From: a virus | Virus record (IMG/VR): IMGVR_UViG_3300037261_000044 | Coordinates: 1-64,000 of that record | Strand: one strand, 5' to 3' | Length of the DNA: 64,000 nt | Shown: one piece after another, positions 27,346 to 35,425 of the stretch | Numbering within the stretch: the first letter of the stretch is position 1 | How the letters are laid out: each line of letters starts with the position of its first letter | Made by a program: the position numbers and the translations under genes | Notes under the pieces: model-generated | Database searches by the model: none | What the model was told of the DNA's origin: nothing | The model's input: the letters and a program-made list of their open reading frames with translations, nothing else

Positions 27346-28230
27346 CTACTTGCTGCGGAAGTTCACCACGAAGACGGCACCTGCGATGATGCAGAGAGTG
27401 CCGATGAGGAACGCTGCCGCAATCTCAACCCCGAGGAATCCCAAGAACTCCTGAGAGGTCATGGTCACATCCGCAGGCCCGGTGCCGGTGTCCGGCAGCA
27501 GGATGGTCGGCTGCTCAGCAAAGGCAGGGGCCAACGCAGGTGCGCTTGCCGTGCTCGTCGCGGTGGGGAACGGTGGCGGCGTCAGCGTCGCGACCGGTGT
27601 GAACGTCGCCGTTGGAGTGAACGTCGGAAGCGGCGTGTCCGTCGCCGTCGAGGTGAATGTAGCCGTCTCGGTCGGCGTTTCCGTGGCTGTTGCAGTGGCC
27701 GAATCCGTTGCAGTGGGTGTGTCCGTCGAGGTTGGCGTGTTCGTTGCTGTATCCGTAGACGTAGGTGTGTTCGTTGGCGTGTCCGTCGCCGTCGAAGTAG
27801 CCGTAGGTGTGTCCGTGGACGTGGCTGTGCCCGTAGGTGATGCAGTTGCGGTCGATGTGGCCGTGTTTGTGGGCGTGGAACTTGGCGTCGCTGTCGGCGT
27901 CGGGCATGTGTCAACTCCTACTTCGTACGTGGCGTTGGAGAAGTCGCCGGAGCCGACGTTGGTCACGGCGAGGTCGTGTGTCTTGCCGTCTTTGTCGAAT
28001 ACGAGGAAGACCACATCACCCGTGACGTTCCCGTTGAACAACACGATAGTGCCGTCCTCGGTCACCTTGAGGTGGCGTGTCTGGCCGCTGAATTGTGCCG
28101 AACTCAGCGAGAACGTCCCGCAGGTCTGGCTGGACGTGGAGTGCCACGCCAATGCGAGCGTGGGCTTCATGAGCAGTGCCCCTGTCAGGGCGATGGCCGC
28201 GATGAGAGCGACCCCAACAAACCGTTTCAT
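27346..28230 (-). CDS. Secreted Thr/Pro-rich surface protein with LPxTG sorting signal
   Basis: Signal peptide [15 protein letters not shown]...ALA; ~80-aa domain bounded by two Cys; ~110-aa T/P stalk; LPDTG, hydrophobic helix, then RSK. Confidence 0.75.
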   Translation of the reverse strand: MKRFVGVALIAAIALTGALLMKPTLALAWHSTSSQTCGTFSLSSAQFSGQTRHLKVTEDGTIVLFNGNVTGDVVFLVFDKDGKTHDLAVTNVGSGDFSNATYEVGVDTCPTPTATPSSTPTNTATSTATASPTGTATSTDTPTATSTATDTPTNTPTSTDTATNTPTSTDTPTATDSATATATETPTETATFTSTATDTPLPTFTPTATFTPVATLTPPPFPTATSTASAPALAPAFAEQPTILLPDTGTGPADVTMTSQEFLGFLGVEIAAAFLIGTLCIIAGAVFVVNFRSK

Positions 28231-28255
28231 CCTTCTTCTCCTTCTTGATTCTGAA

Positions 28256-28480
28256 CTAGCCGTCGAGCCAGTTTACAACAGATTCCTTGATGCGCGCAAG
28301 GGGCGACTGGTAGTCGTCCTTCACGGCGTCGATGACCTTCTGGAAGTCGTGCAGGTGGAAGCGTGCACACTCGCCGTACTGCTCTAAGGATTGCTCCCAC
28401 CCCGGCCCGAGGGCCGTATCCAACGTCAACTGCCTGTAGTTCGCTCTCGCCTCCGGGGTCGCGAGCATGTCTGGGGCCAT
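28256..28480 (-). CDS. Hypothetical protein
   Basis: GGAGGT SD. Confidence 0.6.
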   Translation of the reverse strand: MAPDMLATPEARANYRQLTLDTALGPGWEQSLEQYGECARFHLHDFQKVIDAVKDDYQSPLARIKESVVNWLDG

Positions 28481-28529
28481 CGTAACCTCCCTTCAAGAGT
28501 AGAACGTGCCGGAGGGGGAAATGTTACAG

Positions 28530-28748
28530 CTACCGTGTCCCGCCGTACCGCTTGGTGTTTTCGCTGTCGATGACCGCCGGGTGCTTGGTCATACCGTCGC
28601 AATACTGGATGCCGGGGGCGTACAGGCGCGCGATGCGCTTCACCTTCTTCCGGCACTTCGGGCATGGCTGCTTCTGGTCGGCGTTCTTGAACAGGACGGC
28701 GGCTTCAAACTCGCCATGGTCGGGGCAGGCGTAATCGTACGTGGGCAA
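28530..28748 (-). CDS. FmdB-type zinc-ribbon protein
   Basis: MPTYDYACPDHG.FE...PCPKC; GGAGGT SD. Confidence 0.75.
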   Translation of the reverse strand: MPTYDYACPDHGEFEAAVLFKNADQKQPCPKCRKKVKRIARLYAPGIQYCDGMTKHPAVIDSENTKRYGGTR

Positions 28749-28757
28749 GGGAACCTC

Positions 28758-29117
28758 CTAGTGGTGCGGCCACATCAGGCGCGGGTCGTGGCACTCGTTA
28801 CAGATGCCGCAGTACCCCGGCCTACGGTGGAGGGGAACCACGTACATCTCATACCGTATCACTCGTCCACCACCATACTCGTGACCAATCTTCGGGCTGA
28901 CACCAGCCTTCTCGATACTCTTCTCGTGCAGCAGAACGGCGATGTCGCGACGGATGGTTGTAGCACCGACAGGCACGAAGACGTGACTTGACAGAGCGCG
29001 CCCGCAGCGCTGTTGCCAGTCCGTCAGTATCTCGGGGACGGTGAGTGGCTCGCCACGGCACAGCAATCCCTGAATGAACGTCCGGCGCGTCGCTGCACGC
29101 AGCGTTGTCCTGCTCAT
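28758..29117 (-). CDS. Winged-HTH-like protein with C-terminal Cys motif
   Basis: LTVPEIL...VGATTIRRDIAVLLHEKSIEK; CGIC. Confidence 0.55.
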   Translation of the reverse strand: MSRTTLRAATRRTFIQGLLCRGEPLTVPEILTDWQQRCGRALSSHVFVPVGATTIRRDIAVLLHEKSIEKAGVSPKIGHEYGGGRVIRYEMYVVPLHRRPGYCGICNECHDPRLMWPHH

Positions 29118-29317
29118 TTCTTCTGGTGCTTTGCACAGCGGTCGTTGGCGGTCACCCGCTTGCCGCAGTATTGCCCGCCCCGGTAGTCGAGGCACCCGGT
29201 GTCCGGTACGCCACGGAAAATCTTCTTCATGCGAGCGCGCTCCGGGCTATCCGGTTGCGGCGCTTCACACGTACAGGAAGGGCAGTGGCGTAACTGGACA
29301 CGTGGCAGGTCAGGCAT
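29114..29317 (-). CDS. Cys-rich small protein
   Basis: CPSCTC...C...C...CAKH; ATGA coupling to the next gene. Confidence 0.55.
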   Translation of the reverse strand: MPDLPRVQLRHCPSCTCEAPQPDSPERARMKKIFRGVPDTGCLDYRGGQYCGKRVTANDRCAKHQKK

Positions 29318-29876
29318 CGAGCGTTTCCCCCAACGTGTCGGCGTCGAGGTATACCAGCGCCTTGTGGACGTACGGCAGAAGCAGATGGACTTGCTCGATG
29401 TCACGGACGAACGTGTTGTCCACGCTGCCGCCCTGCGGCACCGCGACCCGTGCGCCTGCCGTGACGTTCTTCCGGGTCTTCGTCATCACCGTCACGGTGA
29501 AGCCCTCGTGCTTGGTCTCGTGAAACCACCCAGCGTGGAACTGGTACTGGTACCCGGCGGGCAGGCGCAGCGACTCGAACTCGCTGAGGTTGCCGCGCAT
29601 CCCCGGCAGCTTCTTCAGTTGCGTCTCTTCACCATCGAGCCACGGCTGCACGCCCCAGAGTTCGAAGTCGCCCTTCTGGTCTTGCGTGAAGTCGTACGCG
29701 ATGTGAATCAGCGTCCCGGCGACGATGCGCGACGTGAAGTCAAACGTGTGGTCGTGAATGGGTGTGTTGATGGTCTGCGCCGGAGGCAGGGACTCGTCCC
29801 AGATGTTGATGCGACGGAAGTCGTTGATGTTCACTTGGATGAACCCGTTCGGGTGCAGTCTTGGCTCGCTAAGCAT
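29310..29876 (-). CDS. Cupin-fold protein
   Basis: PIHDH..DFTSRIVAG ... AGWFHET fit cupin metal ligands HxH...H. Confidence 0.6.
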   Translation of the reverse strand: MLSEPRLHPNGFIQVNINDFRRINIWDESLPPAQTINTPIHDHTFDFTSRIVAGTLIHIAYDFTQDQKGDFELWGVQPWLDGEETQLKKLPGMRGNLSEFESLRLPAGYQYQFHAGWFHETKHEGFTVTVMTKTRKNVTAGARVAVPQGGSVDNTFVRDIEQVHLLLPYVHKALVYLDADTLGETLDA

Positions 29877-30108
29877 CGTCGTCGTCCTCTTCCTCTAGGG
29901 GCCGGGTGCCCCACTCTTTCGTGTCCCACTTCCATGGCTCGATGGCCGTCCGGCACTGCTTTGGGCCGCGCCCGCGCTGCCGCAGGTTTCGGTCGATGAT
30001 GACGTGGTTCTTCTCAGCGACCTTGGCTTCCTTAGGAGAGTATACACCAAACCAGAACTCGTCGCTGCCGCCGGTCTTGCTAACGTGGGTGATGTGCAGT
30101 TGGTTCAT
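29869..30108 (-). CDS. Hypothetical protein
   Basis: ATGA-coupled start MNQLH. Confidence 0.55.
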   Translation of the reverse strand: MNQLHITHVSKTGGSDEFWFGVYSPKEAKVAEKNHVIIDRNLRQRGRGPKQCRTAIEPWKWDTKEWGTRPLEEEDDDDA

Positions 30109-30224
30109 TCCTTCGGTTCCCACCCCGTGCCTTCGCAGTTGTCGCAGGGGTCAGAGTCCGGGTCTTCCGGCTCGCTAAAGCCGCTACCGCCGCACGTGTT
30201 GCATATGGTGCCGTCACTTGGCAT
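30105..30224 (-). CDS. 39-aa DnaJ-type zinc-finger microprotein (not in ORF track)
   Basis: MPSDGTICNTCGGSGFSEPEDPDSDPCDNCEGTGWEPKE*: two CxxCxGxG repeats; ATGA overlap downstream. Confidence 0.65.
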   Translation of the reverse strand: MPSDGTICNTCGGSGFSEPEDPDSDPCDNCEGTGWEPKE

Positions 30225-30306
30225 GCGTGCACTCGCAGCCCCGGCCCCAGCAGGCCGCGCAGTCGCCAATCATGCAGGATGGACACTTCCCCACTCCCGT
30301 GGTCAT
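30214..30306 (-). CDS. 30-aa six-Cys microprotein (not in ORF track)
   Basis: MTTGVGKCPSCMIGDCAACWGRGCECTHAK*; ATGA overlap upstream. Confidence 0.55.
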   Translation of the reverse strand: MTTGVGKCPSCMIGDCAACWGRGCECTHAK

Positions 30307-30482
30307 TTAGCACCTACCCCGTTATTCTTAGGGAACTCACGCGGCACCCGGTCTTTGCACCAGCAGCAGACGTTCGCCGGAACGCGGGTGCCATCTGCCC
30401 AAGGCCCATGGTTAGGGTCGTGTACCTGCTCGTCGCTGGGATGCCAGCAGTGCTTGCACCTGAGCCAGTCGAAGATGCTCAT
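30303..30482 (-). CDS. Cys/His-rich microprotein
   Basis: MSIFDWLRCKHCWH...CCWC; ATGA overlaps at both ends. Confidence 0.55.
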   Translation of the reverse strand: MSIFDWLRCKHCWHPSDEQVHDPNHGPWADGTRVPANVCCWCKDRVPREFPKNNGVGAK

Positions 30483-30574
30483 CGCACCACCGCCTGACAC
30501 GGGCTGATGTCGTAGCCCTTCTGGTAGCGCCGGGAGCACCACCAGCAGTATCCTCGAACCCACACGTGTTTCAT
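30479..30574 (-). CDS. 31-aa zinc-ribbon-like microprotein (not in ORF track)
   Basis: MKHVWVRGYCWWCSRRYQKGYDISPCQAVVR*; ATGA overlaps at both ends. Confidence 0.55.
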   Translation of the reverse strand: MKHVWVRGYCWWCSRRYQKGYDISPCQAVVR

Positions 30575-30711
30575 GAGTTCACCGCCTGCCACATGGCAAT
30601 CCACATTGCGCCGCAGGTGACTACCACCATCGCCAGCACTGTGATGAAAGCGAATGCGATGATGCTGTAGAGAACAAGCAACAGGGCATTCCCGACATAC
30701 TCTAGTTTCAT
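30571..30711 (-). CDS. Small membrane peptide
   Basis: MKLEYVGNALLLVLYSIIAFAFITVLAMVVV...; GAGGTG SD. Confidence 0.55.
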   Translation of the reverse strand: MKLEYVGNALLLVLYSIIAFAFITVLAMVVVTCGAMWIAMWQAVNS

Positions 30712-30810
30712 GACTTCACCTCGACCCAACGGCCTTTGCCGGTGGATACGCCCCACTCACGGTACTGGCGCTTTGCATGTCGCAGTGAACTGGGTTGATG
30801 ATGTGCTTCG

Positions 30811-31374
30811 TCATAGCCATCTCTCCATGGCGACCGCCGCACGGTCGCTGTCTGTGCTGTCGTAGCCGTCGTAAAACTTGGCAGTGGTGACAGGGCTGCT
30901 GTGCCCAAGCGTGCGCTGCACCGTCCGCATGTCGCCGTTGGTGGCGCGCAGGAGCATGGTGGCGCAGGTGTGGCGCAGAGAGTGCGGATGCGCCCAGTCT
31001 GGCAGGCCAGCGGAGGCGAAGCACTTCTGGGTGATGTATCGGGCCGCTCGGGGTGATAGGGCTGCTGAGCGGTCTGTGCGCGCCGAGAAGACGAACTCTC
31101 CGGTGGAATGGTTCAGGTGGTCAAGTAGGGCGGCAGCAGCCTGAGTGGGCAGCGTCACTGTACGGCGCTTGCCGCCCTTACCTGCGAACGTGAGTCGGAC
31201 GACGCCTTCGACCTCGAAGACTTCATCACGACGGAGGCCGGACGCCTCGGCAATGCGCAGACCTCCCAGAACCATGGTGCTGAGTAAAGCCCGGTCGCGC
31301 CGCCCGGAACGACAACGAAGGTCTGGCACCTCAAGAAGGCGTCCCACTTCGTCTTTGCTGAGCACCTGCACCAT
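30811..31374 (-). CDS. Tyrosine recombinase, catalytic domain only
   Basis: GLRIAEA (R), GKGGKRR (K), HPHSLRHT (HxxR), LGHSS..TT.KFY (H, Y); only 187 aa. Confidence 0.9.
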   Translation of the reverse strand: MVQVLSKDEVGRLLEVPDLRCRSGRRDRALLSTMVLGGLRIAEASGLRRDEVFEVEGVVRLTFAGKGGKRRTVTLPTQAAAALLDHLNHSTGEFVFSARTDRSAALSPRAARYITQKCFASAGLPDWAHPHSLRHTCATMLLRATNGDMRTVQRTLGHSSPVTTAKFYDGYDSTDSDRAAVAMERWL

Positions 31375-31618
31375 TTCTTAATCTCCTGCTGTTCTCAAGA
31401 AGAGCACTCGCTACTCTCAAGAACGCAGCTATCGTCTCGGTGTTACAGCAGTGTACGTGCTTCTCCCTGAGGGTGTCAAGGAGCCGGGACTCAGGAATCG
31501 CCCGCGAGCAGTTGATGCACTCGTAGTCGCGAATCCTCGCTCCCTCTGCCGGGTACGCCATGAGGTGCAGCGACCCGTGACAGACTGGACACCCGTGATT
31601 TATCACCGGCCAATCCAT
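31331..31618 (-). CDS. Zinc-ribbon small protein
   Basis: CPVCHG ... ECINC. Confidence 0.45.
   Translation of the reverse strand: MDWPVINHGCPVCHGSLHLMAYPAEGARIRDYECINCSRAIPESRLLDTLREKHVHCCNTETIAAFLRVASALLENSRRLRNGAGAQQRRSGTPS
31450..31479 (-). promoter_or_regulatory. Promoter of the recombinase gene with downstream direct repeats
   Basis: Minus strand TTGACA-18 nt-TACACT; two TTCTTGAGA copies at 31393-31401 and 31415-31423. Confidence 0.65.
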
Positions 31619-32817
31619 TCCTGAAACTGGCGCATCTCTTCAACGGAGGCGAGGTGCAGAATCTCCTTGTGCACCATCCCGTGCTTCGGGTGCATGAACC
31701 AGAGGTCTTGGGACGGCAGCGACGCCGCAGGGCGCGACATGCTGATGCTGAAGTCCGAGGGGCCGACGAAGCAGCCGCCCTGACTGATGGCACCGCCAAT
31801 CTCGTGCTCAGCCATCTGGCTCTCGTGCAGGTGCGCCTTGACGAGGTAGTTGATGGTCTCGCCGACGACGCTGTTCCACGCCAGCTTGGTCGCCATGGCC
31901 CCGGTGTACGTGGACTGGATGCCCTTCATGCCGTGGCCGTGCGTGATGAGGAACTTGAACCCCAGCACGTCGAGCAGCATGCGCGGGCTGGACGCGATGT
32001 AGAAGTCGATGGCCCCGCCGCTCATGATGCGGACGCCACCCGGCGTCATCGAGGTGTTCCACTCGCCGCCTACAGAGGCGCGAATGCGGTCGGCGATGTT
32101 CTGCCACGCCATGAGTTCGATGTTGTCCGGCGGAAAGGCGTCCTTGGCGCTCTGGGCGATGCGCCCGTGGTTGCCGTGCACCTTGTAGATGGTGATGTGC
32201 TTGTAGCGCTCAAGCAGCGACAGGAGGACGTTCGACACGTCGTCCACGAAGCCGAGGTACTGGAAGCCGATGGACTCCGACATGCTGAACGCCTGCGTGC
32301 CGAACATCTTGCCGTGGCCCTCGAAGTCGTCGCCCAGCGCGAGCAGGTGGCCCTCTTCAACGGTCGTCGTCAGTTGGTGCAGTTGCGTGAACCGGAGGAC
32401 GAGGTTGCGCCACCGGGCCAGCCGGTCACGCGCGATGTCCGGGTCGTAGAAGGCGAAGCCGCCGTTCACACGCGGGTCTATCTTGCTGCCGAAGTGGTAG
32501 TCGTGAAACGGGAAGACGGCCTGAATGGGACTGTCGAACCCCATGTCCTTCAGTTGCGTGGCCTTGATTATCTTCGGGACAGGCGGGAGAGCAATGCGGC
32601 TCTCAAGGAACTTCGCGGCGTCGCCGTAGAGTTCGTTCTGAAGTTCCCGGCGCTGCTCTTCAATCTTCTTGTCGGCGGCGATGGAAGCCGTCTTGTTTAC
32701 GTGCGCCTCACGCTTTTCGTACCCCTTACGGGCGTTCTCGACACGGTGTTCGTCCGTGCAATACTTTGCGTCCTTGCGGGCCTTCTCGTGACACGGAGGG
32801 AACTTGCAGATAGCCAT
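31603..32817 (-). CDS. Calcineurin-like metallophosphoesterase
   Basis: DYH, GDDFEG, GNHGR, THGH and AHLH motifs; N-terminal Cys/His motif and coiled coil. Confidence 0.85.
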   Translation of the reverse strand: MAICKFPPCHEKARKDAKYCTDEHRVENARKGYEKREAHVNKTASIAADKKIEEQRRELQNELYGDAAKFLESRIALPPVPKIIKATQLKDMGFDSPIQAVFPFHDYHFGSKIDPRVNGGFAFYDPDIARDRLARWRNLVLRFTQLHQLTTTVEEGHLLALGDDFEGHGKMFGTQAFSMSESIGFQYLGFVDDVSNVLLSLLERYKHITIYKVHGNHGRIAQSAKDAFPPDNIELMAWQNIADRIRASVGGEWNTSMTPGGVRIMSGGAIDFYIASSPRMLLDVLGFKFLITHGHGMKGIQSTYTGAMATKLAWNSVVGETINYLVKAHLHESQMAEHEIGGAISQGGCFVGPSDFSISMSRPAASLPSQDLWFMHPKHGMVHKEILHLASVEEMRQFQEWIGR

Positions 32818-32840
32818 GAAAACTCCTTGCGATACTCTTC

Positions 32841-32849
32841 AGTGTACCA
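32841..32849 (-). promoter_or_regulatory. Extended -10 promoter
   Basis: Minus strand TGgTACACT-gaagagt, then AAGGAG SD. Confidence 0.55.
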
Positions 32850-32850
32850 G

Positions 32851-33360
32851 TTACGGTACCACGATGCCGTTCACTGCGCGGCGCGCCCACCACGCTGCCA
32901 AGTCTTCGAGCGAAGGGAAGAATCGCTTGCTCAAGCCGATGAGAAACATGTCCGGCTGCTCCGACTCGTCCACGTAGAGGATAGGCGTGTTGGTCGCAGC
33001 GGCGTAGCCCATCTCTGCGGCCATGCCGTGGCTGGCATAGCCGCCGGGGTAGTACGCGATGATGAGTTGTGCCCGTTCAACGAGCGCGATGTCCTGCGCT
33101 ACGAACTGGTAGAGCGCGTCTTGCTTGCTGTCACGGAATGGGTCGAGGCCGACGACTGGAAGATGCGCCTCTATCCACTCGCGCCAGTTGCGTCCGTTCT
33201 GGACGCTACGCCCTCCGGCGATGTACGTGTCCACCGGCTCTATGCCCGCATCGCGCCAGAACTTCTGCCACACCAGCGGGTCAGCATCCCTGTCCGGGAC
33301 GGTAGTATACGTCTCGGGTATCGGGTCAGCGGGCAGGCGCTTCAACAGTCTCACTTCCAT
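32851..33360 (-). CDS. Nucleoside 2-deoxyribosyltransferase-like protein A
   Basis: YIAGG, LDP, DIALV..AQLIIAY, SHGMAAEMGYA (catalytic Glu motif). Confidence 0.75.
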   Translation of the reverse strand: MEVRLLKRLPADPIPETYTTVPDRDADPLVWQKFWRDAGIEPVDTYIAGGRSVQNGRNWREWIEAHLPVVGLDPFRDSKQDALYQFVAQDIALVERAQLIIAYYPGGYASHGMAAEMGYAAATNTPILYVDESEQPDMFLIGLSKRFFPSLEDLAAWWARRAVNGIVVP

Positions 33361-33788
33361 CAGGGCACCTTCTTCAGTTCCGCCATGAGTTCATCAGGCG
33401 TGAACACTACGCGCGTGGCGAAACGGTACATGACATCCCAGCGCCACTCTGGCTCTTCATCGAAGAGGATGAACGTCGGGCGTCCCATCCCCGCCATGTA
33501 CCCTAACTCAAGATGGCCGGACTTGCCAGCCGGGAGCACCAGCACTGCTACGTCGGAGTCTTGCAGGTGATGCAGGTCGAACTCAAAGACGTGTGTCGCT
33601 GCGTGACCGTAGAGCGCTTCCTTGTAGGTGCGCTCACGCTGCTGCTCATAGAACTTCCACGAGTCATCGGCTTTCTCTCCGGCGGCGAACCAGTCATCGA
33701 AGACCTCGTAGCCGCCAATGCGAAGGATGGCCGCAATGACTTGCACCCGTGGGTTCCTGAGCGAGCCGATGAGATAGACCTTTGTCAT
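33360..33788 (-). CDS. Nucleoside 2-deoxyribosyltransferase-like protein B
   Basis: VYLIGS, FEFDLHHLQDSDVAVLVLP.GKSGHLELGY. Confidence 0.75.
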   Translation of the reverse strand: MTKVYLIGSLRNPRVQVIAAILRIGGYEVFDDWFAAGEKADDSWKFYEQQRERTYKEALYGHAATHVFEFDLHHLQDSDVAVLVLPAGKSGHLELGYMAGMGRPTFILFDEEPEWRWDVMYRFATRVVFTPDELMAELKKVP

Positions 33789-34216
33789 GGCTTCACCGTA
33801 GCAGTCGTCTCGCCCCTAGTCAAGGCAAGCAACACATTCGCACACTGGGCACGCCTCAGGTAGGCGGCGGCACGGTCGAACGCCTCAGGCGCGTTGCGGA
33901 AGTAGCCAACCATCTTGTTGCAGGGGCCGCAGAGCAGTCCCCTGACCAGACCTGTATCGTGGTCGTGGTCTACAGCGAGGCGCTTCGTCTTACCGGTGGC
34001 GCGCTGGCAGATGGCACAGGCACCGCCCTGCTCCCGGTACATGCGCTCGTAGGCTCCCGGTTCGAGGCCGTAGGTCTTTGCCACCATCCGCTCGTGGTTG
34101 TGCGCTCTCTGTCGCTTACGGAATGCACGGTGGTGCGTCGCACAGCGTGGGCCGGGGTACGGCGCAGGCCGCATGGAGCCGGGAGTACAGTCCTTGCAGG
34201 CAACGTCAGCACTCAC
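33785..34216 (-). CDS. Recombination endonuclease VII family
   Basis: YGL....Y..M...QGG.CAIC...LAVDHDH.TG.VRGLLC..CN. Confidence 0.9.
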   Translation of the reverse strand: MSADVACKDCTPGSMRPAPYPGPRCATHHRAFRKRQRAHNHERMVAKTYGLEPGAYERMYREQGGACAICQRATGKTKRLAVDHDHDTGLVRGLLCGPCNKMVGYFRNAPEAFDRAAAYLRRAQCANVLLALTRGETTATVKP

Positions 34217-34467
34217 AGTCCACCATGCTCTTTGCAGCGCGCATGAAGTGGGTCGCGACCGTCATACACATGGCCTTTGCAAGAGCCAAGCGGTGTACCC
34301 TCACCTTCGAATTGGCAGGTTGGGCGCGGGGCCATCGCCATGGCGACTAGGGCGTGCGGACGACAGTAGTGCTTGGTACCCACCTCGTAGTCGCCGTCGC
34401 TCTTGCAGCGGTCAGAGGGTAGATAATCTATCCCGGCGTCAGCCTCATAAGCGTCACACTGATTCAT
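34213..34467 (-). CDS. Cys/His-rich small protein
   Basis: Two C..C..CxxH units; coupled at both ends. Confidence 0.55.
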   Translation of the reverse strand: MNQCDAYEADAGIDYLPSDRCKSDGDYEVGTKHYCRPHALVAMAMAPRPTCQFEGEGTPLGSCKGHVYDGRDPLHARCKEHGGL

Positions 34468-35075
34468 CGGGTCTTCAGGTGGTCGGTCACCCCCTCAAAC
34501 GACTCCGGCCAGTGCGGGCCGACCGCGATGGCGACGAACGTGCCGATGGGGTTATGACTGAAACCGCTGTCATGCGCCGTCCCGATGGTTAGGCCGCGCG
34601 CCTCAGCCTTGCGTTGCACCGCGAGCAGTTCTTCCTCGCTGCTGACGAAGACGACAATCTTCGCGAACGACTGCTGGCCGGTGTGCTCGATGCCGGGGTC
34701 TAGCTCGGTGAGCCACTGTAGCTGGTCGCTCGTGAACGTGACGATGGTATCTACCTCAGGCAGGCCGCGCAGCGATAGAGCACGTTTGCTGGCGTACTTG
34801 TCGGCCAGCCACTTCATGGAGGCGTGCGCTACCATAGTCGCCGTCTTGCCTGTCGGCATGCCGAGGTCTTTGCGAACGACGATGACCTGTTTGAGGTAGC
34901 GCGGCGGTGTCGCAGCGATAATCGCAGCGACCTGCGCGATTTCCTCATCGGTCGGCGGGTCAGCGTATTGGCTGCCGCGCGGCTCTTTAGCACCGCCGCG
35001 TGGCTCCTTAGCACCGCCGCGTGGCTCGCCTTCAGACCACGTGCGTCCTTCTGCGTCTGTCCACTGCCTAGTCAT
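34464..35075 (-). CDS. pth2: Peptidyl-tRNA hydrolase, Pth2 type
   Basis: KQVIVVRKDL.M..GK....VAHAS, KIVV.V.SEEEL, DSG, AIAVGP......VTDHLK. Confidence 0.85.
   Translation of the reverse strand: MTRQWTDAEGRTWSEGEPRGGAKEPRGGAKEPRGSQYADPPTDEEIAQVAAIIAATPPRYLKQVIVVRKDLGMPTGKTATMVAHASMKWLADKYASKRALSLRGLPEVDTIVTFTSDQLQWLTELDPGIEHTGQQSFAKIVVFVSSEEELLAVQRKAEARGLTIGTAHDSGFSHNPIGTFVAIAVGPHWPESFEGVTDHLKTR
34974..35027 (-). repeat. 21-bp tandem repeat x2.6 encoding EPRGGAK
   Basis: gccgcgyggctcyttagcacc units in the Pth2 N-terminal extension. Confidence 0.85.
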
Positions 35076-35394
35076 CCCAACGACCTCCCTTGATGAACTC
35101 GACGCATTCCTTGTAGGAGCGCACCGTCTCACCGTTCTTGGGCATGCGCGCCGGGGCAGGTTTCGCCACCAGTGCTGCTTTGTTCCCGTAGATGCGCTGA
35201 TACTCCGGCGACGACTGCATGCAGAAGTCACAGAGCAGGTTCTTGCCCTCGGGGAAGACCTCAACCTGCGTCACCTTTGCGGGCAGCACAAGCCAGCCGC
35301 GCAGGTAGAATCCCCCAGTGAAACCGTCCACCGCAGCGATGGTGCCCTTCACCAGACCGCCGCACGTGTCACAGGCGACTGTTACCTTGCTCAT
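35068..35394 (-). CDS. Zinc-binding hypothetical protein
   Basis: CDTC ... CDFC; GGAG SD. Confidence 0.6.
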   Translation of the reverse strand: MSKVTVACDTCGGLVKGTIAAVDGFTGGFYLRGWLVLPAKVTQVEVFPEGKNLLCDFCMQSSPEYQRIYGNKAALVAKPAPARMPKNGETVRSYKECVEFIKGGRWDD

Positions 35395-35425
35395 CGGTTT
35401 CTCCAATCCCAATTGAACTTCTTCC

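Noticed and set aside
27550-27905. DNA repeat region
   Set aside because: Explained by the low-complexity Thr/Pro stalk of the LPxTG protein.
31654-33570. 638-aa plus-strand ORF and other long antisense ORFs (8837-9823, 25903-26808, 39683-40624, 50896-52035, 56460-57554)
   Set aside because: They lie opposite motif-bearing genes, have no recognisable motifs, and are expected shadows of high-GC codon usage.
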